A stretch of 64,000 nt of DNA from an uncultured Chloroflexia bacterium (GCA_963841385.1 CAWJCO010000004.1:129714-193713), one strand, 5' to 3'. Numbered from the stretch's first letter, positions 28,169 through 38,929 are shown. Translations and numbers: made by a program. Notes: generated from the letters alone by a model not told the origin.

Positions 28169-29932
28169 TCAGATCGCCGGCCGGCCGAAGGCGCGGCGCA
28201 GGCTGGGGCTGTCGAGGACGACCACCGTCGGCCGGCCATGCGGGCAGGTGAGCCCTCCCGGGGTGGTCACCAGGCGCTCCAGGAGCCGTCCCTGCTCGCG
28301 GACGTCCAACCGGTCCCCGAGGCGGACCGCGGCGTGGCAGGCGGTGAGCGCGGCCAGCCGGCGGCGCCGGGTGGCGGGGTCGGCGGGATCCTGGAGGCTG
28401 TCCAGCAGGTCGCTCACCAGGCGCTCGGGGGCGGCCGGGCCCACCGCCGCCGGCACGGCCCGGCAGCGCACCAGGCCGGGACCGAAGGGCTCCAGCTCGA
28501 AACCCATCCCGGTCAGGGTGTCGAGGGACTCCGGGAGCCGCTCCAGGGCGGAGGCCTCGACGCTCACCACCGCGTCGACGAGCAGGATCTGGCTGGACGC
28601 GGGACGTCCCTCGCGAGCCGCGGCCTCGCTCTCCCCCATCAGCTCTGTGTAGAGGATCTTCTCGTGGGCCGCGTGCGGGTCGACCAGGACGGGGCCTTGC
28701 GGCGAGTCGGCGACCAGCCATCCCTCCGCGGTCTGGGCGAGCGGGCGCAGCGGGGCCAAGTCGGCCAAGCGCTGCCCCGCCGTACTCGCGCGTGCGGGCT
28801 CCGCCAGGGCCTCGGAGAAGCCGGCGGCCGGGCCCGCGGAGGACCCGTCGCGCAGCTCGAGCTCCGCCTCCGCTCCGCCGGCGGCGGTGGCCAGGACGGC
28901 CCCGGCTGTGCCGGCGAGCTGCGGCAGCCGGGCACCCGCCACGCTGAGCCGGGCCTCCTGGAGGGCGGTCCAGCAGGCCCGCTGGACGGCACTGAAGACG
29001 CGGCCCTCGTCGCGCAGCCGGACCTCGCGCTTGGTCGGGTGGACGTTGACGTCCACCAGGATGGGATCGAGGCTGACCTGGACCACCCCGAAGGGATGCC
29101 GGCCGATGGGAAGGAGCCCCGCGTAGGCCTCCTCCACCGCCGCGACCAGGGCGCGGTTGTGCACCCGCCGCCGGTTGATGACGATCACCAGCCCGGCCCT
29201 GGTTCCCCGATGGCTGCGCGGCTCGCCGATCAGACCCCCGACCGCGATCTCCCCGGGTGCGTCGACGACCAGCAGCTCACCCGCGTCGCGTCCGAACACC
29301 GCGGCGGCGGCGTCGACCAGGCTTCCCCCCGGGCTGCGCAGCGCGAGCCGGTCGTCGCTCCTGCAGGTGAAGGCCGCCTCAGGATGGGCCAGGGCGAGAT
29401 CGCTGACGGCGCGGACCGCGGCCGCCGCCTCGCTGCGCTCGGCGCGCAGGAAGGCGAGCCGTGCCGGGGTGTTGTGGAAGAGATCGCGCACCTCGGCCGT
29501 GGTCCCGGGCGCGCGCGCGGCCGGTCGGTGCTCGAGCACCTCGCCGGCGCGGCAGCGCAGCAGCCACCCATTCTCCGAGCCGGCCGGCCGGCTGGTGAGG
29601 CGCAGATCGCTCACCGCGGCGATGCTGGCCAGCGCCTCGCCGCGGAAACCGAGGCTGCTGACCCGGGTGAGGTCGTCGACGGTTGCCAGCTTGGAGGTGG
29701 CGTGCCGGGCCACCGCCAGCCGGAGCTGGTCTCCCGGGATGCCGGCCCCGTCGTCGGCGGCCACGATGCGTACCAGCCCGCCACCCTCGAGGTCCACGTC
29801 GATCCGGCCGGCACCGGCGTCGAGCGCGTTCTCGCACAGCTCCTTCACCACCGCCGCGGGACGCTCGACCACCTCGCCGGCGGCGATGGCGTCGGCGACC
29901 TGCGGGGGGAGGAGGCGGATGGGGGCCGTCAC
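28169..29932 (-). CDS. mutL: DNA mismatch repair protein MutL (endonuclease-type)
   Basis: GTG start overlapping the mutS stop (GTGA). GHKL ATPase 'VVKELCENALDAG' and 'DDGAGI'. Endonuclease motif 'DPHAAHEKILYTE'. C-terminal 'CPHGRP'. Confidence 0.9.
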   Translation of the reverse strand: MTAPIRLLPPQVADAIAAGEVVERPAAVVKELCENALDAGAGRIDVDLEGGGLVRIVAADDGAGIPGDQLRLAVARHATSKLATVDDLTRVSSLGFRGEALASIAAVSDLRLTSRPAGSENGWLLRCRAGEVLEHRPAARAPGTTAEVRDLFHNTPARLAFLRAERSEAAAAVRAVSDLALAHPEAAFTCRSDDRLALRSPGGSLVDAAAAVFGRDAGELLVVDAPGEIAVGGLIGEPRSHRGTRAGLVIVINRRRVHNRALVAAVEEAYAGLLPIGRHPFGVVQVSLDPILVDVNVHPTKREVRLRDEGRVFSAVQRACWTALQEARLSVAGARLPQLAGTAGAVLATAAGGAEAELELRDGSSAGPAAGFSEALAEPARASTAGQRLADLAPLRPLAQTAEGWLVADSPQGPVLVDPHAAHEKILYTELMGESEAAAREGRPASSQILLVDAVVSVEASALERLPESLDTLTGMGFELEPFGPGLVRCRAVPAAVGPAAPERLVSDLLDSLQDPADPATRRRRLAALTACHAAVRLGDRLDVREQGRLLERLVTTPGGLTCPHGRPTVVVLDSPSLRRAFGRPAI

Positions 29933-32574
29933 CGGCCGAACCGCTCCTGCAGGTCGGCGAGCTTGCTGAGGGCCTCGCGGGGGGTGAGCCCGTCCAGGTC
30001 GAGCTCGGCGAGCTCCTCCAGCACCGGGTGGGTGGCCGGCGACGACGGCAGGCCCAGGTCCAGCTGGGCGGGCGCCTCCCGATCGGCCTCGAGCGGGCGG
30101 TGACGCTCCAGCTCGCCGAGCACCTCGCGGGCGCGCGCCAGCAGGCTGGCCGGCAGGCCGGCCAGCCTCGCCACCTGGATGCCGTACGAGCGGTCGGCGC
30201 CGCCCGGGCGGATCTGATGCAGGAAGGTGACCATCTCCCCCTCCTCCACCACCTCCACGCGGGCGTTGACCACCCGGGGCAGCCGCTCGGCGAGCGCGGT
30301 CAGCTCGTGGTAGTGGGTGGCGAAGAGGGTGCGGCAGTTGAGCTGCGGCGAGTCGTGGAGGTGCTCGACGAGGGCCTGGGCGATCGAGAGCCCGTCGTAG
30401 GTCGAGGTGCCTCGACCGATCTCGTCGAGGACGAGGAGCGAGCGCGCGGTCGCCTGGCGGAGGATGGCGGCGGTCTCCGCCATCTCGACCATGAAGGTGG
30501 AGAGCCCGGCCGAGAGATCGTCCTGGGCGCCCACCCGGGTGAAGATGCGGTCGCAGACGCCGAGCCGCGCGCGCCGCGCCGGGACGAAGCTGCCGACCTG
30601 CGCGAGCAGGGTGATCAGCGCCACCTGGCGGAGGTAGGTGGACTTGCCCGCCATGTTCGGCCCGGTGAGGACCACGATGCGGTGGGCGACATCCAGGCTC
30701 GTGTCGTTGGCCACGAAGGCCCCGCGTCCGAGGCTCAGCTCGACCAGGGGGTGGCGCCCGGCCTCGATGTCGGTGACCGTCGAGCGGTCGACGATGGGCC
30801 GCACCCAGCCCTCGTCGTCGGCGACGGTGGCCAGCGCCTGGGCCACATCGGCGGTGGCGCCGGCAGCGGCGCAACCGAGCAGCGCGGGGCCGTGGGCGGT
30901 GACCCGGCGCACCGCCTCGGCCAGCAGCTCCAGCTCGCGGGCCAGGGCGCGCTCGCGGGCGCTCAGCACGACGCTCTCCTGCTCCTTGAGCCGAGGGGTG
31001 ATGTAGCGCTCGGCGCCGACCAGCGTCTGCTTGCGCAGGTAGTCGGGTGGCACCGCCTGCCGGTGGGCGTGGGGGACCTCGAGGTAGTAGCCGAAGACCC
31101 GGTTGTAACCGACCTTGAGCGAGCGGATGCCGGTGCGCTCCCGCTCCTGCCCCTCCAACCCGGCGATGAAGTCGCGGGCCTCGGCGGCGGAGCTGTGCAG
31201 CCGGTCCAGCTCGGCGTCGGCCCCGTCGCGGATGAAGCCACCCTCCCGCGAGGTCGGGGGCGGGTCGTCGACGAACGTCGCCCTCAGGTGACTCTCGACC
31301 TCCCCGGGTGGCACGGCCGTGCCGGCAAGCCCGGCCAGCTCGCCGGGCAGGTCCTCGAGGAGGCGGGCGACGGCCGGCAGCGCCGCGCATGCCTCACGGA
31401 TGGCGCCCAGGTCGCGCGGTGTGGCCAGGCCCTGGACCGCGCGTCCCACCAGCCTCTCCAGGTCGCGGACGGAGCCGAGCCGGCGGCGCAGCTCCTCGCG
31501 TCGCGGGCGGTCGGCGACCAGGGCCGCCACCCCCTCGAGGCGCTCGCCGATGGGCCCGGGCTCGGTGAGCGGCTCCTGGAGGCGGCGGCGCAGCAGGCGG
31601 GCCCCCATCGGCGTCCGGGTGTGGTCGAGGAGCTGGGCCAGGCTGGGCCCGCTGCCCAGCGGCTCCAGCAGCTCGAGGTTGCGCCGGGTCGGTGGGTCGA
31701 GGCGCATCAGGTCGCCGCTCTGCCGGGGGACGACCCGGAGCAGGCCCGGCTCCAGGGCGACGCGGGCGCGCTCGCAGTAGCCGAGGACCGCTCCCGCGGC
31801 CCGGACCCCCACCGGCATCTCCTCGAGCCCGAGACCGATGAGGCTGGCGGCGCCGGTCGCCGAGGCGAGCCGCTCGGCCCCCCGGCGGCCGTCGAAGAGA
31901 GGGACCGGCAGCGCGGTCCGGACCGCGCCGGGGAGGAGCGCCGGGGGCAGGGATGCCGGATCGCCGACCAGCAGCTCGGCAACGTCGAGACGCTCCAATT
32001 CGTCGCGCAGCGCCACCGAGCCGAACCCCCCGGCCACCTCCGTCACCACCAGCTCGCCGCCGGCCAGGTCGAGGGCGGCCACGCCCACCTGCCCGTCGGT
32101 CTCGGCGAGGGCGACCAGGCGGGCGACGCGGGTGGGTTCCAGGAGATCGGCGTCCACAGCGGTGCCGGGGCTCAGCAGGCGGGTGACCTCGCGCCGCACC
32201 AGCCTGCCGGCCACCACCTCCCCCACCTGGTCCCAGAGCACCACCCGGTGGCCGGCGTCGAGCAGGCGGCGCAGGTGGGCCGCGACCGCCTGGTGGGGCA
32301 CGCCACACATGGGCAGCCGGCCGGCGCTGCCGAACCCGCGCCCGGTGAGGGTGACCTCCAGGATCGGCGCGGCCAGCTCGGCGTCGGCGCCAAACAGCTC
32401 GTAGAAGTCGCCGAGCCGGGCCAGGACGAGGGCGTCAGGATGCTCGGCCTTGACCGCCCGGTACTCACGGAGGATGGGGGTGTCGCCGGCGTCGTCGAGA
32501 CCGATGGTCGGGTCGGGCGGGGGCAGGTTCTCGGCGCGCAGGTGCGGGGGCGTCGCGCGCTCTCTGCCCCTCAC
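29929..32574 (-). CDS. mutS: DNA mismatch repair protein MutS
   Basis: 'TPILREYRAVKAEHPDALVL…GDFYELF' mismatch-binding domain. 'LTGPNMAGKSTYLRQVA' Walker A. 'STFMVEM' and 'DEIGRGTSTYDG'. Confidence 0.9.
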   Translation of the reverse strand: MRGRERATPPHLRAENLPPPDPTIGLDDAGDTPILREYRAVKAEHPDALVLARLGDFYELFGADAELAAPILEVTLTGRGFGSAGRLPMCGVPHQAVAAHLRRLLDAGHRVVLWDQVGEVVAGRLVRREVTRLLSPGTAVDADLLEPTRVARLVALAETDGQVGVAALDLAGGELVVTEVAGGFGSVALRDELERLDVAELLVGDPASLPPALLPGAVRTALPVPLFDGRRGAERLASATGAASLIGLGLEEMPVGVRAAGAVLGYCERARVALEPGLLRVVPRQSGDLMRLDPPTRRNLELLEPLGSGPSLAQLLDHTRTPMGARLLRRRLQEPLTEPGPIGERLEGVAALVADRPRREELRRRLGSVRDLERLVGRAVQGLATPRDLGAIREACAALPAVARLLEDLPGELAGLAGTAVPPGEVESHLRATFVDDPPPTSREGGFIRDGADAELDRLHSSAAEARDFIAGLEGQERERTGIRSLKVGYNRVFGYYLEVPHAHRQAVPPDYLRKQTLVGAERYITPRLKEQESVVLSARERALARELELLAEAVRRVTAHGPALLGCAAAGATADVAQALATVADDEGWVRPIVDRSTVTDIEAGRHPLVELSLGRGAFVANDTSLDVAHRIVVLTGPNMAGKSTYLRQVALITLLAQVGSFVPARRARLGVCDRIFTRVGAQDDLSAGLSTFMVEMAETAAILRQATARSLLVLDEIGRGTSTYDGLSIAQALVEHLHDSPQLNCRTLFATHYHELTALAERLPRVVNARVEVVEEGEMVTFLHQIRPGGADRSYGIQVARLAGLPASLLARAREVLGELERHRPLEADREAPAQLDLGLPSSPATHPVLEELAELDLDGLTPREALSKLADLQERFGR

Positions 32575-32588
32575 CGCACCACCGTCGT

Positions 32589-33974
32589 TCAGGCCGCGGC
32601 GGCCTCGATGTCCGCGCTGAGCTGCCAGGCGCTGGCGGTGCGGACCCGCCCCCCCACAAGCTCCCCGGCTGCCGCCGACCCCACCGGCAGGAGGGCGATC
32701 TTCCCCTGGCGGGTGCGTCCGAACGGACGGCCGTCCGCGGTGACGCTCTCGACCAGGACCTCGACGCGCCGGCCGATGAGGGCCTGGTTGCGTTCCAGGG
32801 CGATCTGGCGCTGGAGGTTGAGGAGATGATTCAGGCGCCGCTTCTTCTCCTCGAGGGGGACGTCGTCGGGGCGCCGAGCCGCGGCGGTGCCCGGCCGGAC
32901 CGAGTAGGCCTGGAGGTGGACGACGTCGAAGCCCACCCTCCTCAGCAGGGCCTCGGTGCCGAGGAACTCGGCCTCGGTCTCCCCCGAGAAGCCGACGATG
33001 ATGTCGGTGGTGAGGCTGAGCCCGGGGACGGTGCTCCGTGCGGTGTGGATCCTGGCGAGGTAGTCGTCAACGGTGTAGAGGCGGCGCATCCGGCGGAGCA
33101 GCTCGTCGTCCCCGGCCTGGACCGGCAGGTGGAGCTGCTCGCAGACGGTGGGGAGGTCGCGCATTGCCTCGAAGAGCTCGGGGACCGCGTTGCGCGGGTG
33201 GGAGGTGAGGAAGCGGAGCCGCCACAGCCCGGGCACTCGATCCACCGCCGCGAGCAGCTCGGGCAACCCGGCCCCGCTGCCGGGATCGGCGTAGGAGTTG
33301 ACGTTCTGGCCGAGCAGGGTCACCTCGCGGACGCCCCGCTCGACCAGCCGGTGGACGTCCTCGACGATCTCCCCCACCGGGCGGCTGGTCTCGCGGCCCC
33401 GGACGAAGGGGACGATGCAGTAGGTGCACATCTCGTTGCAGCCGCCCATCACCGAGACGTAGGCGAGCAGCCGGTCGGAGGCGGGCAGGGGCAGCGGGCC
33501 GTCGAGGTCGGAGGCGTGAGCGGCCTGGAGCCGGGCGAAGAAGCCGTCGCAGTCGCGCACGTCGAAGAGGTAGTCGAGATCGGGCAGCTTCTGCAGCAGG
33601 GCGGGACCGTGCTCGACCGCCATGCAGCCGGTCATGGCGATGGCCCGCCCCGGGCGGGCCTGCTTCCAGTCGGTCAGCTCGCGGAACTTGCCGTAGACCT
33701 TCTGCTCCGCGTTCTGCCGGACCGCGCAGGTGATCAGCACGGTCAGGTCGGCGTCGTCCAGCGCGGCGTCGGGGACGAAGCCCAGCTCGGCGAAGCGCTC
33801 GGCGAGCATCTCGTGGTCGGCATCGTTCATCTGGCAGCCGATGTGCCAGAGATGGACACGGGGAGGCCGGCCGAGCACCGGGACGATCGGCCGCCGGGGC
33901 GGCGGGCGCTGGAGCAGCGGGATCGCCTGGAAGCCGCGGGCGGAGGGGCTGAGCATCGGGGCTGGAGCGGGCAT
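32589..33974 (-). CDS. miaB: tRNA-i6A37 methylthiotransferase (radical SAM)
   Basis: 'WHIGCQMNDADHE' MTTase N-terminal domain, 'CNEMCTYCIVP' radical-SAM CxxxCxxC, and a TRAM C-terminus. Confidence 0.85.
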   Translation of the reverse strand: MPAPAPMLSPSARGFQAIPLLQRPPPRRPIVPVLGRPPRVHLWHIGCQMNDADHEMLAERFAELGFVPDAALDDADLTVLITCAVRQNAEQKVYGKFRELTDWKQARPGRAIAMTGCMAVEHGPALLQKLPDLDYLFDVRDCDGFFARLQAAHASDLDGPLPLPASDRLLAYVSVMGGCNEMCTYCIVPFVRGRETSRPVGEIVEDVHRLVERGVREVTLLGQNVNSYADPGSGAGLPELLAAVDRVPGLWRLRFLTSHPRNAVPELFEAMRDLPTVCEQLHLPVQAGDDELLRRMRRLYTVDDYLARIHTARSTVPGLSLTTDIIVGFSGETEAEFLGTEALLRRVGFDVVHLQAYSVRPGTAAARRPDDVPLEEKKRRLNHLLNLQRQIALERNQALIGRRVEVLVESVTADGRPFGRTRQGKIALLPVGSAAAGELVGGRVRTASAWQLSADIEAAAA

Positions 33975-34320
33975 CGGAGCCCTGACAGAGTATCCCGTGC
34001 GAAGGAGCGAGGGGCCGCGGCGCCGCCGGGCGGCGCATGCCACAATCGAGGTGCCCGTGGTCCAGGTGCTCGCGATCGTGCTGGTGGTCCTCATCCTCAC
34101 CATCCCGATGGGGCTGAGGTTGTGGGCCCTGCTGCGCCACCGCGGTCCGGGGGGGGACGCCGACCCCGACCTCGTGCAGCGCTGGGCCGCGCACCTCTAC
34201 CGGATGGACCGCGAGGACTGATCGCCGACGGCGTGAGCCGGAGCGCGCCCGCGGCCACCGAGACTGTTGAGGGAGGGCGCCCGGCCCACCGGGGTCGCGG
34301 CGATCTGCGAGGATGGCGCG

Positions 34321-34572
34321 GTGATCGCGCTGATCATCACCGCCCTGCTCGCCGTGCTCTTCGTGGTGCTGCTGTGGTTCAAGTCGGGGCAGCCGGAGAA
34401 CGAGGGGGCGAGCCTCGGCCACACCTCCCCCTACCCCGACTCGGTGTTCGGCCCCTCGGTGATGCGCCCGCCGCTGGGCAGCCCGGAGTCACTCGAGAGC
34501 CACGACGGCACGGACTGGGTCGGTGACGAGTTCGAGCGGCAGCGGCGCGGGCATCACCGCAGCGGCGGCTGA
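34321..34572 (+). CDS. Hypothetical small membrane protein
   Basis: GAGGA RBS then GTG. One TM helix ('VIALIITALLAVLFVVLLW'). Confidence 0.35.
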   Translation: MIALIITALLAVLFVVLLWFKSGQPENEGASLGHTSPYPDSVFGPSVMRPPLGSPESLESHDGTDWVGDEFERQRRGHHRSGG

Positions 34573-34651
34573 GCCCTCTCCTCGCCGGGTCGGCGATCGC
34601 GGAGACGATCGACGCCGAGCGGCGGAGATCCGCGCGGCCGCCGCGTGAGCG

Positions 34652-34912
34652 TCAGCGCGATTCGATCAGGAGCCGGATGCCGGTGCGTTCCTCGCCATCG
34701 ATCGAGATGTCGATGAACGAGGGGATGCAGACCAGGTCTATCCCTCCCGGGGCGACGTAGCCCCGGGAGATGGCGATCGCCTTGATGGCCTGGTTGATCG
34801 CGCCGGCACCGATGGCCTGCACCTCCACCCGCTGCTGGCTGCGGATCACCCCTGCAATGGCTCCGGCCACCGAGACCGGTTTGCTGCTGGCCGAGACCTT
34901 GAGGATTTCCAC
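34652..34912 (-). CDS. spoVS: SpoVS family protein (stage V sporulation protein S homolog)
   Basis: 'VEILKVSASSKPVSVAGAIAGV…VQAIGAGAINQAIKAIAISRGYVAPGGIDLVCIPSFIDISIDGEERTGIRLLI', a strong match to SpoVS. GTG start preferred. An alternative ATG lies at 34969. Confidence 0.8.
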   Translation of the reverse strand: MEILKVSASSKPVSVAGAIAGVIRSQQRVEVQAIGAGAINQAIKAIAISRGYVAPGGIDLVCIPSFIDISIDGEERTGIRLLIESR

Positions 34913-35066
34913 GAGCGCTGCCCTGCCCTGTGTGGGCGGTTGCTGAGTTCCCTGCGACGACGAAAGCATAGCCGTGAGTGAGGATTGTGCCCACCCAAGG
35001 CCGGCGTCCCGGGCCCGCGACCCGATTGTTACGAAGGGTGCGACCCGGGCACCCCCGCCGCGCCGG

Positions 35067-36710
35067 TCACTTGGCGTATTCGATGCTCCTGGTCTCGCGG
35101 AGCACCACCACCTTGATCCGGCCTGCGTAGCTGGCCTCGGCATGGAGCCGCTTGGCGATCTCGCGGGCCATGATCTGCGCCCGGTCGTCGTCGACCTCCT
35201 GGGGCTTGACCATCACCCGGAGCTCCTTGCCCGCCTGGATGGCGAAGCTCCGCTCGACCCCGGGGAGCTCGTCGGCGATCTGCTCCAGTCGCTCCAGCCG
35301 CTTGATCGATGAGGCGAGCGTCTCCCGGCGGGCGCCGCGCCGCGAGGCGGTGATGGCATCCGCGGTCATCAGCACGAAGGCTCCGATGGTGCGTGGCTCC
35401 TCGTCGTAGTGATGCGCCCGCACCGCGTGGACGACGGCCGCCGGCCTGCCGAGGCGAGCCAGGATCTCGCCGCCGATGATCGCGTGTGACCCCTCGACGT
35501 GCTGCTCAACCGCGTGGCCGATGTCGTGGAAGAGGCCGATCTCGCGCGCCTCCTGGACGTCGTAGCCGATCTCGGCGGCGAGCATCCCCGCCACCGCCGC
35601 GGTGTCCTTGCTGTGCACCAGCACGTTGGCCCCGTAGGCGCTGCGGTAGCGGAGGGTCCCCAGCAGCTTGACCAGCTCGGGGTGGACCCCGGAGAGGCCG
35701 ACCTCCTGGCAGGCGGCCTCACCCTCCTCGCGGAGCCGGTCGGCGATCTCGGCCCGGCTCTTGGCCACCACCTCTTCGATCCTGGCGGGATGGATGCGGC
35801 CGTCGGCGAAGAGCCGCTCCAGGGCCACCTTGGCGACCTCCCGGCGCACCGGGTCGAAACCGGAGAGGACCACCGCCTCGGGGGTCTCGTCGACGATCAC
35901 GTCGATCCCCGTGGCCGCCTCGAGGGCGCGGATGTTGCGGCCCTCACGACCGATGATCCTGCCCTTCAGATCGTCGGTCGGGAGGTGGAGGACGGTCACC
36001 GCCGCCTCCCCGGTCTGCTCCGAGGCGTGGCGCTGCATGGTGGTGATCAGGATCTCGCGGCTCCGCTCGTCCGCCTCCTCGCGGACCCGCTGCTCGGAGG
36101 CCCGGATGCGCTCCGCGACCTCGTGGTCGAGCTCCGCCTCCACGCCGCGGAGCAGCTCGGCCCGTGCCTCGTCCTGGCTCATCCCGGCGACCCGCTCCAG
36201 CTCGCGCCCGACCCCGATGCGCTCGTCCTCGATCTGCTGCCGGGTCTGCTCCAACTCCTCCTCGCGCCGGGTCAGCCGCTGCTCCCCCTGCTCGACGTCC
36301 CGATTGCGCTTCTCGAGCCCCTCCTCGCGCTGGGCGAGCCGCTGCTCCAGCCGGGCCACCTCGGCGCGACGCTCGCGCACCTCGGCCTCGGACTCGGAAC
36401 GCAGCCGGTGCGCCTCCTCGCGGGCCGCCAGGACGATCGAGGCGCGCTCCTGCTCGGCCGCCCCGCGCTCCTCGTGGAGGCGTCCCATCTCGAGCTCGCG
36501 TGACGCGCTGACCTGATCGCGAAGGCGACGGGCGTAGAGGAGGCCGGACACGGCGATGACCACGCCCAGCCCAAGGGCCACATAGGCCAGGATTTCGATG
36601 AGAGATGTCCTCGGAGTTGTCGGAGGGGTGAGGTGGCCCGCCACCTCGTTCGGTGCGCCACCCTGGAGACGAGGTGGTGAGCGGTGCGGCACCCCGCCCG
36701 TGCTCACCAC
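35067..36710 (-). CDS. rny: Ribonuclease Y
   Basis: N-terminal TM helix, coiled-coil, KH domain ('GRIIGREGRNIRALEAATGIDVIVDE'), HD domain ('HSKDTAAVAGMLAAEIGYD…FHDIGH'). The true start is probably internal (near 36600). Confidence 0.85.
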   Translation of the reverse strand: MVSTGGVPHRSPPRLQGGAPNEVAGHLTPPTTPRTSLIEILAYVALGLGVVIAVSGLLYARRLRDQVSASRELEMGRLHEERGAAEQERASIVLAAREEAHRLRSESEAEVRERRAEVARLEQRLAQREEGLEKRNRDVEQGEQRLTRREEELEQTRQQIEDERIGVGRELERVAGMSQDEARAELLRGVEAELDHEVAERIRASEQRVREEADERSREILITTMQRHASEQTGEAAVTVLHLPTDDLKGRIIGREGRNIRALEAATGIDVIVDETPEAVVLSGFDPVRREVAKVALERLFADGRIHPARIEEVVAKSRAEIADRLREEGEAACQEVGLSGVHPELVKLLGTLRYRSAYGANVLVHSKDTAAVAGMLAAEIGYDVQEAREIGLFHDIGHAVEQHVEGSHAIIGGEILARLGRPAAVVHAVRAHHYDEEPRTIGAFVLMTADAITASRRGARRETLASSIKRLERLEQIADELPGVERSFAIQAGKELRVMVKPQEVDDDRAQIMAREIAKRLHAEASYAGRIKVVVLRETRSIEYAK

Positions 36711-36711
36711 C
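36633..36711. other. Two stem-loops (5-bp GGTGG/CCACC and a perfect 10-bp GGTGGTGAGC/GCTCACCACC inverted repeat) in the rny leader / MFS upstream region
   Basis: 36632–36645 and 36673–36682 / 36702–36711. Confidence 0.3.
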
Positions 36712-37053
36712 GAACCGGCGCGGATCGCCGGACGGTCCCCGGGGATGTGACGGCATTGTACGGACCCAGGACCCCTATCGGCAGTGCCGGGGTCAGAATT
36801 GCCAGAGCAGTGCCATCGTCAGGCCCGTCCGGATCCCAGGGGTGGGTGATCGTCACGGCAGGTGGGAGAGTTCAGATGACGCGCAGCGCCAGGCCGAGCC
36901 GGTCCGCGGCAGCCGCCCCGGGACGGTCGCCGGCCGCGGGTGGCGATCGGCGCGCGGTGGCCGGCGGGGCGCGGTGTCGCCCGTGAGCTCGGGGGCCGCA
37001 CCCGATCACCCCGGGGACGTCCCCCGGCCCGGGGATCCCGCGGCGGCTCCGGA

Positions 37054-38317
37054 CCTCGTCGCCGAGCTGGAGCAGGGGCTGCGCACCAGCGTGCGGGTGT
37101 CGATCCCCGCGCTGCTGACCGGCACCGCGCTGATCAGGGTGGCCGCCTCCGGGGTCACCGTGGCCGTCCAGTTCTACCTCGCCGACCTGGCTCACGGACA
37201 CCCACATGGCACCACCATCGGCCTGGTCGGCGCGGCCCAGGCGCTCACCGAGATGGTCTTCGCCCCGTTCATGGCGCGCTATGCGGACCGGCTCGGCCGC
37301 AAGCTGTTCGTGGTCGGGGGACCGCTGATCGGCATGCTCGGGGTGCTGCTGGTCGCCGCTTCGGTGCACTCCCAGCAGATCTTCGCAGCCCGGCTCCTCG
37401 AGGGGGTCGCCGCGGCGGCCTTCGTCCCCACCGCGCTCGGGGCCATCGCCGCCGCGACCTCGCAGAGCTTCCGGACCCGGGCGAGGGCCAGCGGCGCCTT
37501 CGAGGCCGCGACCCTGGCCGGGTATGCGGGGGGCTTCGTCCTGGGGCCGTTCGCGTACCACTACCTCGGTCGGGGCGGCTTCCTCCTGCTGGCGGCCGTG
37601 TACCTGGCCGCGGGCCTGGTGTGCCTGCGCTTCGTGGCCCACGTGCCCCCGCTGCCGGTGACCCGGCTGTCGACGCTGCTGAGGGACGTCGTCGGACCGG
37701 GGCCCATCCGCAGCTTCCTGCCCGCCTGGGTCGGCACCTTCGCGCTGCTCGGCGCCTACGGGTCCAACCTCGCCTCCCTCCTCCACCACGCACCGGTTGC
37801 GGGCCAGGGGCTGGTGCATCACCTCGATCCCCGGCTGATCTCGCTCATCCTGGTGAGCGGCATCGCCGTCCTGGTCATCGGGATCGCGCTGTGGACCCCG
37901 TGGATCCCGCGCCTCGGCCCGGTGCGGCAGATGCGACGAGCGGTGCCCGGGGCGTGGCTCTTCTCGGTTGCCCTCCTGCTCGCCAACCACCTCCCCCACG
38001 TCGCCCTGTTCGTCCTGCTGCCGATAGCCGCGCTGGGCATCCTCTGGTTGGCCGGCTTCGGACCGGCCGCGGTCGCCTACCTCGCCAACTGCTCGGAGGC
38101 TCACACCGCCGACCGCTCGGCGCTGATGTCCTTCTACACGGTCACCCTGGCCGCGGGTGGCGCCGTCGGCGCCGCCCTGGGCGGCCTCGCCGTGAGCCTG
38201 GCGTCCTTCGATGGACTGGTGGTCTTCGGTCTGCTGCTGGTGACGGCCACCTTCCTGTTGCTCGGTCCCCTGGCCCGCCGGGAACGCGGCCCGGCCGCCT
38301 CGGTGCCGGCTGCGTGA
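37054..38317 (+). CDS. MFS transporter
   Basis: About 12 TM helices. 'MARYADRLGRK' MFS motif A-like loop. Non-ATG start. The 5' coordinate is approximate. Confidence 0.7.
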
Positions 38318-38361
38318 CCGCTCTGCCAGCCGCGTTGGCGCCCTCCGCCTGATCGCTGCCC

Positions 38362-38907
38362 TCAGCCCTCGCCGTCGGGATGCCCCTCCGGGTCGGAGCA
38401 GAGCCGTCGCAGCTCGGCGCGAATGTCGGTCATGTCGAAGCCGCGGCGCTGCAGGGCGGCGGCGAGCCGGCGGACCTCGTCGGGTGGCGGCGGCCCGGCA
38501 TGTCCGTGGCGGAGCCGCTCGGCCGCGATCCGGATGGCCTCGCCCTGGCCGCCCGTCAGCTCGCCGGCGGTTCGGCTGACGGTCTCGGGGTCCACCCCGC
38601 GGGCGACCAGGTCGGCGAGCACGCGACGCCGTCCGTAGCCGTGACTCGATCGCCGGCGGGCCAGGTCCTCGGCCAGGCGCGCGTCATCCACCCAGCCCCG
38701 CACCGCGAGCCGGTCCACGGCCTCGGCGGCCGTGGACGGCGCGTACCCCCGCCCCTCGAGGCGGCGCTGGAGCTCGACCCGGGAGCGATCGGTGATCGCC
38801 AGCAGGCGCTGGGCCATCGCCGTGGCGGCTTGGCGGTCCTCAGGGTCGACCGCCGCGGGGGCGCCGGGGTGGTGGCCGCGACCGCCGCCCGACCTGCTGA
38901 GGGGCAT
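38362..38907 (-). CDS. recX: Recombination regulator RecX
   Basis: Located directly downstream of recA. Three-repeat helical RecX pattern ('RSRVELQRRLEGRGY…'). Confidence 0.8.
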   Translation of the reverse strand: MPLSRSGGGRGHHPGAPAAVDPEDRQAATAMAQRLLAITDRSRVELQRRLEGRGYAPSTAAEAVDRLAVRGWVDDARLAEDLARRRSSHGYGRRRVLADLVARGVDPETVSRTAGELTGGQGEAIRIAAERLRHGHAGPPPPDEVRRLAAALQRRGFDMTDIRAELRRLCSDPEGHPDGEG

Positions 38908-38929
38908 GGCTGGGGTCGCCGGGCTCCGA

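Noticed and set aside
28169-31390. 1073-aa ORF fusing the MutL frame with upstream sequence
   Set aside because: Only the C-terminal 588 aa (from the GTG overlapping the mutS stop) are MutL. The N-terminal portion is an out-of-frame read-through of the mutS coding region.
26263-32829. Very long plus-strand ORFs (662 aa and 1048 aa) opposite the STAND regulator and mutS/mutL
   Set aside because: They are antisense to genes with unambiguous Walker, GHKL and MutS motifs. They are highly biased toward R/G/A/P, an artefact of a stop-codon-poor GC-rich antisense strand.
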